DNA of 17,017 nt from Candidatus Poribacteria bacterium. GTDB lineage: Bacteria > Poribacteria > WGA-4E > UBA9662. Position numbers and translations under genes: made by a program. A model generated the notes under the pieces. That model did not search any database, had not been told where the DNA came from, and saw only the letters and a program-made list of their open reading frames with translations. This document shows, in pieces, positions 15,302 to 17,017 of the stretch (position 1 is the first letter of the stretch; each line of letters begins with the position of its first letter). The stretch is from contig JAYGDX010000133.1 of NCBI GenBank assembly GCA_046582655.1, forward strand, positions 1-17,017, in the 5' to 3' direction.

Positions 15302-16477
15302 TCAAATATTTTCTATTAGCTTACCATTGATGACTACTTTGTGAACATCAATGGTTTGGTCGAATAAAACTAGATCGGCAACCTTGCCGACCTCAAGGCT
15401 TCCAAGTTGATCGTCGACACCGATGATCCGTGCCGGTACAAGACTGGCCATTTTAGTTGCCTCGACCAGGGGAACATCCGCTAAATCGCGCATCACCCGA
15501 ATCGTTTGGTTCATTTGGATGGTGCTGCTGGCGTATCCTGTATTATCTGGTGTGGTGGCAACTCCATTTTTAACGACGCTCTTGGTTCCATTTTTACTTC
15601 CGAAAGCGTAGATGCCATCCGGCATACCCGCACCTCGTTGTGCGTCAGTGACAACAGCAAGCCGATCAGGGCCTTTGCATTTTACCGCTAATTTTAGCAG
15701 TTCCGGCGGTAAATGTTGGCCATCGGCAATAACTTCTGTAGTCAGTTGGTCTATGAGTAGTGTGGATTCAATTACGCCACCTTCACGTTGAGGACCATTC
15801 TTGATAACACCTGACATGGCACAGTAGAGGTGAGTACTATGCTGGAGTCCAAGTTCGCATGCTTTCCGTATTTGGCGGTAGCTAGCATTGGTATGTCCGC
15901 AACTGGCAACAATATCTCGACGACTCAATTCGGAAATCAGCTGATCGGCACCATCGATCTCTGGAGCCAGAGTCATTAAGCGGATGAGGTCTGTTGCTTC
16001 CAACATGGGCAGGTAATCCTCAGGTTGAGGATCGCGGATGGCTGAGGCCAAGTGACATCCCCTTTTGCCATGGTTGAAATATGGTCCTTCGATATGTATG
16101 CCGAGTAGTTTTGCTCCTGCCATGGGACGGGCTTGATCTAATGCCTGAATAGCGTCCATAATATTCTGGTGGGATTCAGAGGCAGTAGTAGCCAAAAGTC
16201 CGGTTGTTCCTCCTTGAGTATGATAGCGGATAATATTCTGAATGTCTTCAACCGTGGCATCCATAAAATCTGATCCATTACCGCCGTGTAGGTGTAAATC
16301 GATAAAACCGGGCGATACGTATAATCCATCTGCTGAAATGGATTGACAGTCATCAATTGTTATTTTTCCGGGAATGATACCAACGATTTTATCGTTTTCA
16401 ATAACAATGGAATGATCTCTCAAAATTTTTTTAGGCGTAATTACGTCGCCACCTTTGATTAAGAGCCTCGAACCCAT
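15302..16477 (-). CDS. nagA: N-acetylglucosamine-6-phosphate deacetylase
   Basis: PGFIDLHLHG, GIHIEGPY, MTLAPE, GHTNA, THL, IADGQH, VTDA and GSLEVGKVADLV. AGGTG RBS. Confidence 0.88.
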   Translation of the reverse strand: MGSRLLIKGGDVITPKKILRDHSIVIENDKIVGIIPGKITIDDCQSISADGLYVSPGFIDLHLHGGNGSDFMDATVEDIQNIIRYHTQGGTTGLLATTASESHQNIMDAIQALDQARPMAGAKLLGIHIEGPYFNHGKRGCHLASAIRDPQPEDYLPMLEATDLIRLMTLAPEIDGADQLISELSRRDIVASCGHTNASYRQIRKACELGLQHSTHLYCAMSGVIKNGPQREGGVIESTLLIDQLTTEVIADGQHLPPELLKLAVKCKGPDRLAVVTDAQRGAGMPDGIYAFGSKNGTKSVVKNGVATTPDNTGYASSTIQMNQTIRVMRDLADVPLVEATKMASLVPARIIGVDDQLGSLEVGKVADLVLFDQTIDVHKVVINGKLIENI

Positions 16478-16516
16478 TTTTTCACCTGACGATTCAAAAT
16501 TCGCCTAAACAATTAA

Positions 16517-17017
16517 GGCGTTTTTATGGACACTGTTCATTGATCATTCCTTCTATGCTGCCATTTTCAGGGGCGCTTCTTCGCTTTCAGCATAATGGAG
16601 TTCACATGTTCTCCCATGTTTTTGAAAAAGTGGATGCTTTAACATCCTTGCATAAAGATTGAGTTCTAGCGCCTTTTGAATCATGTGCTGCTTTCTTCGT
16701 TTGTATCGAGTTTTCTGAAGCATTCTGAAGGATCGATTGTTTCTCTCTACATGATTATTGGTACAATCGACATTTTCAAAGGCCAAGAAAGCGATCATTT
16801 TCTCAAACTTTTCTTTTTTTAGATTTTTCCAGGCCCGTTGCAAAAACGAGTTATTCTGATAATCGAGATGATTGAGCATTCGGGTTCTGCGGTTGCGGGC
16901 GGCGTGTTGAGAAATATCTTTTTGAAAAAGGCCATAGAACTGCCGATTAAATTTCCGAAAAACCTCCAGTTCTGGAGCCATTTCCAATAGAGAGTCTAAG
17001 TCTTCGATTTCCTGCTC
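16517..17017 (-). mobile_element. Downstream end of an insertion sequence (boundary tentative)
   Basis: Transposase 3' end. A candidate terminus GGCGTTTTTATGGACA starts at 16517 next to the AT-rich 8-mer ACAATTAA. The other end is outside the window. Confidence 0.45.
16553..17017 (-). CDS. Transposase, C-terminal part (gene starts beyond the window)
   Basis: The frame is open from the window edge (EQEIEDLDSLLEMAPEL...). TNNHVERNNRSFR...K..Y resembles the catalytic-Glu region of DDE transposases (ISL3/IS66/IS256-like). Confidence 0.75.
   Translation of the reverse strand, partial: EQEIEDLDSLLEMAPELEVFRKFNRQFYGLFQKDISQHAARNRRTRMLNHLDYQNNSFLQRAWKNLKKEKFEKMIAFLAFENVDCTNNHVERNNRSFRMLQKTRYKRRKQHMIQKALELNLYARMLKHPLFQKHGRTCELHYAESEEAPLKMAA

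Noticed and set aside
113..16356. The short alternative-frame and antisense ORFs in the track (60-150 aa, e.g. 417-665, 8206-8538, 11408-11779, 14645-15097)
   Set aside because: They lie within or largely overlap longer genes with clear family motifs and show no recognisable motifs of their own.
2727..16477. The region as a secondary-metabolite biosynthetic cluster
   Set aside because: No scaffold-forming enzyme (NRPS, PKS, terpene synthase, RiPP precursor, sugar-phosphate cyclase) is present, and the genes fall in several divergent units.

Overview
Gene-dense bacterial window with 14 complete CDSs, a probable gene start at the left edge and a truncated transposase at the right edge. It encodes two secreted LamG/concanavalin-like proteins that share a short C-terminal tail (AVD-x-x-G-K/R-L-x-x-x-W-A-x-I/L-K), four PhyH-family Fe(II)/2-oxoglutarate dioxygenases, a DUF6785/DUF6784-type polytopic membrane protein and three NAD(P)-dependent oxidoreductases (Gfo/Idh/MocA, UxaB/mannitol-dehydrogenase-like, aldo-keto reductase). 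It also encodes a CE4/NodB-like deacetylase, NagA, a Tat-exported Rieske lipoprotein and a GT-C-like membrane protein. This mix strongly suggests Candidatus Poribacteria (inference). The main leads are (i) the shared C-terminal tail as a candidate uncharacterised sorting or anchoring signal, (ii) an oxidoreductase gene followed by a PhyH gene three times, next to two deacetylases, (iii) a pseudomurein-binding-repeat-like C-terminal region on the deacetylase, (iv) an orphan Tat-lipoprotein Rieske protein and (v) an AKR with Arg at the catalytic Lys position. All family calls come from motif recognition by eye; no searches were run. I found no rRNA, tRNA or CRISPR array.
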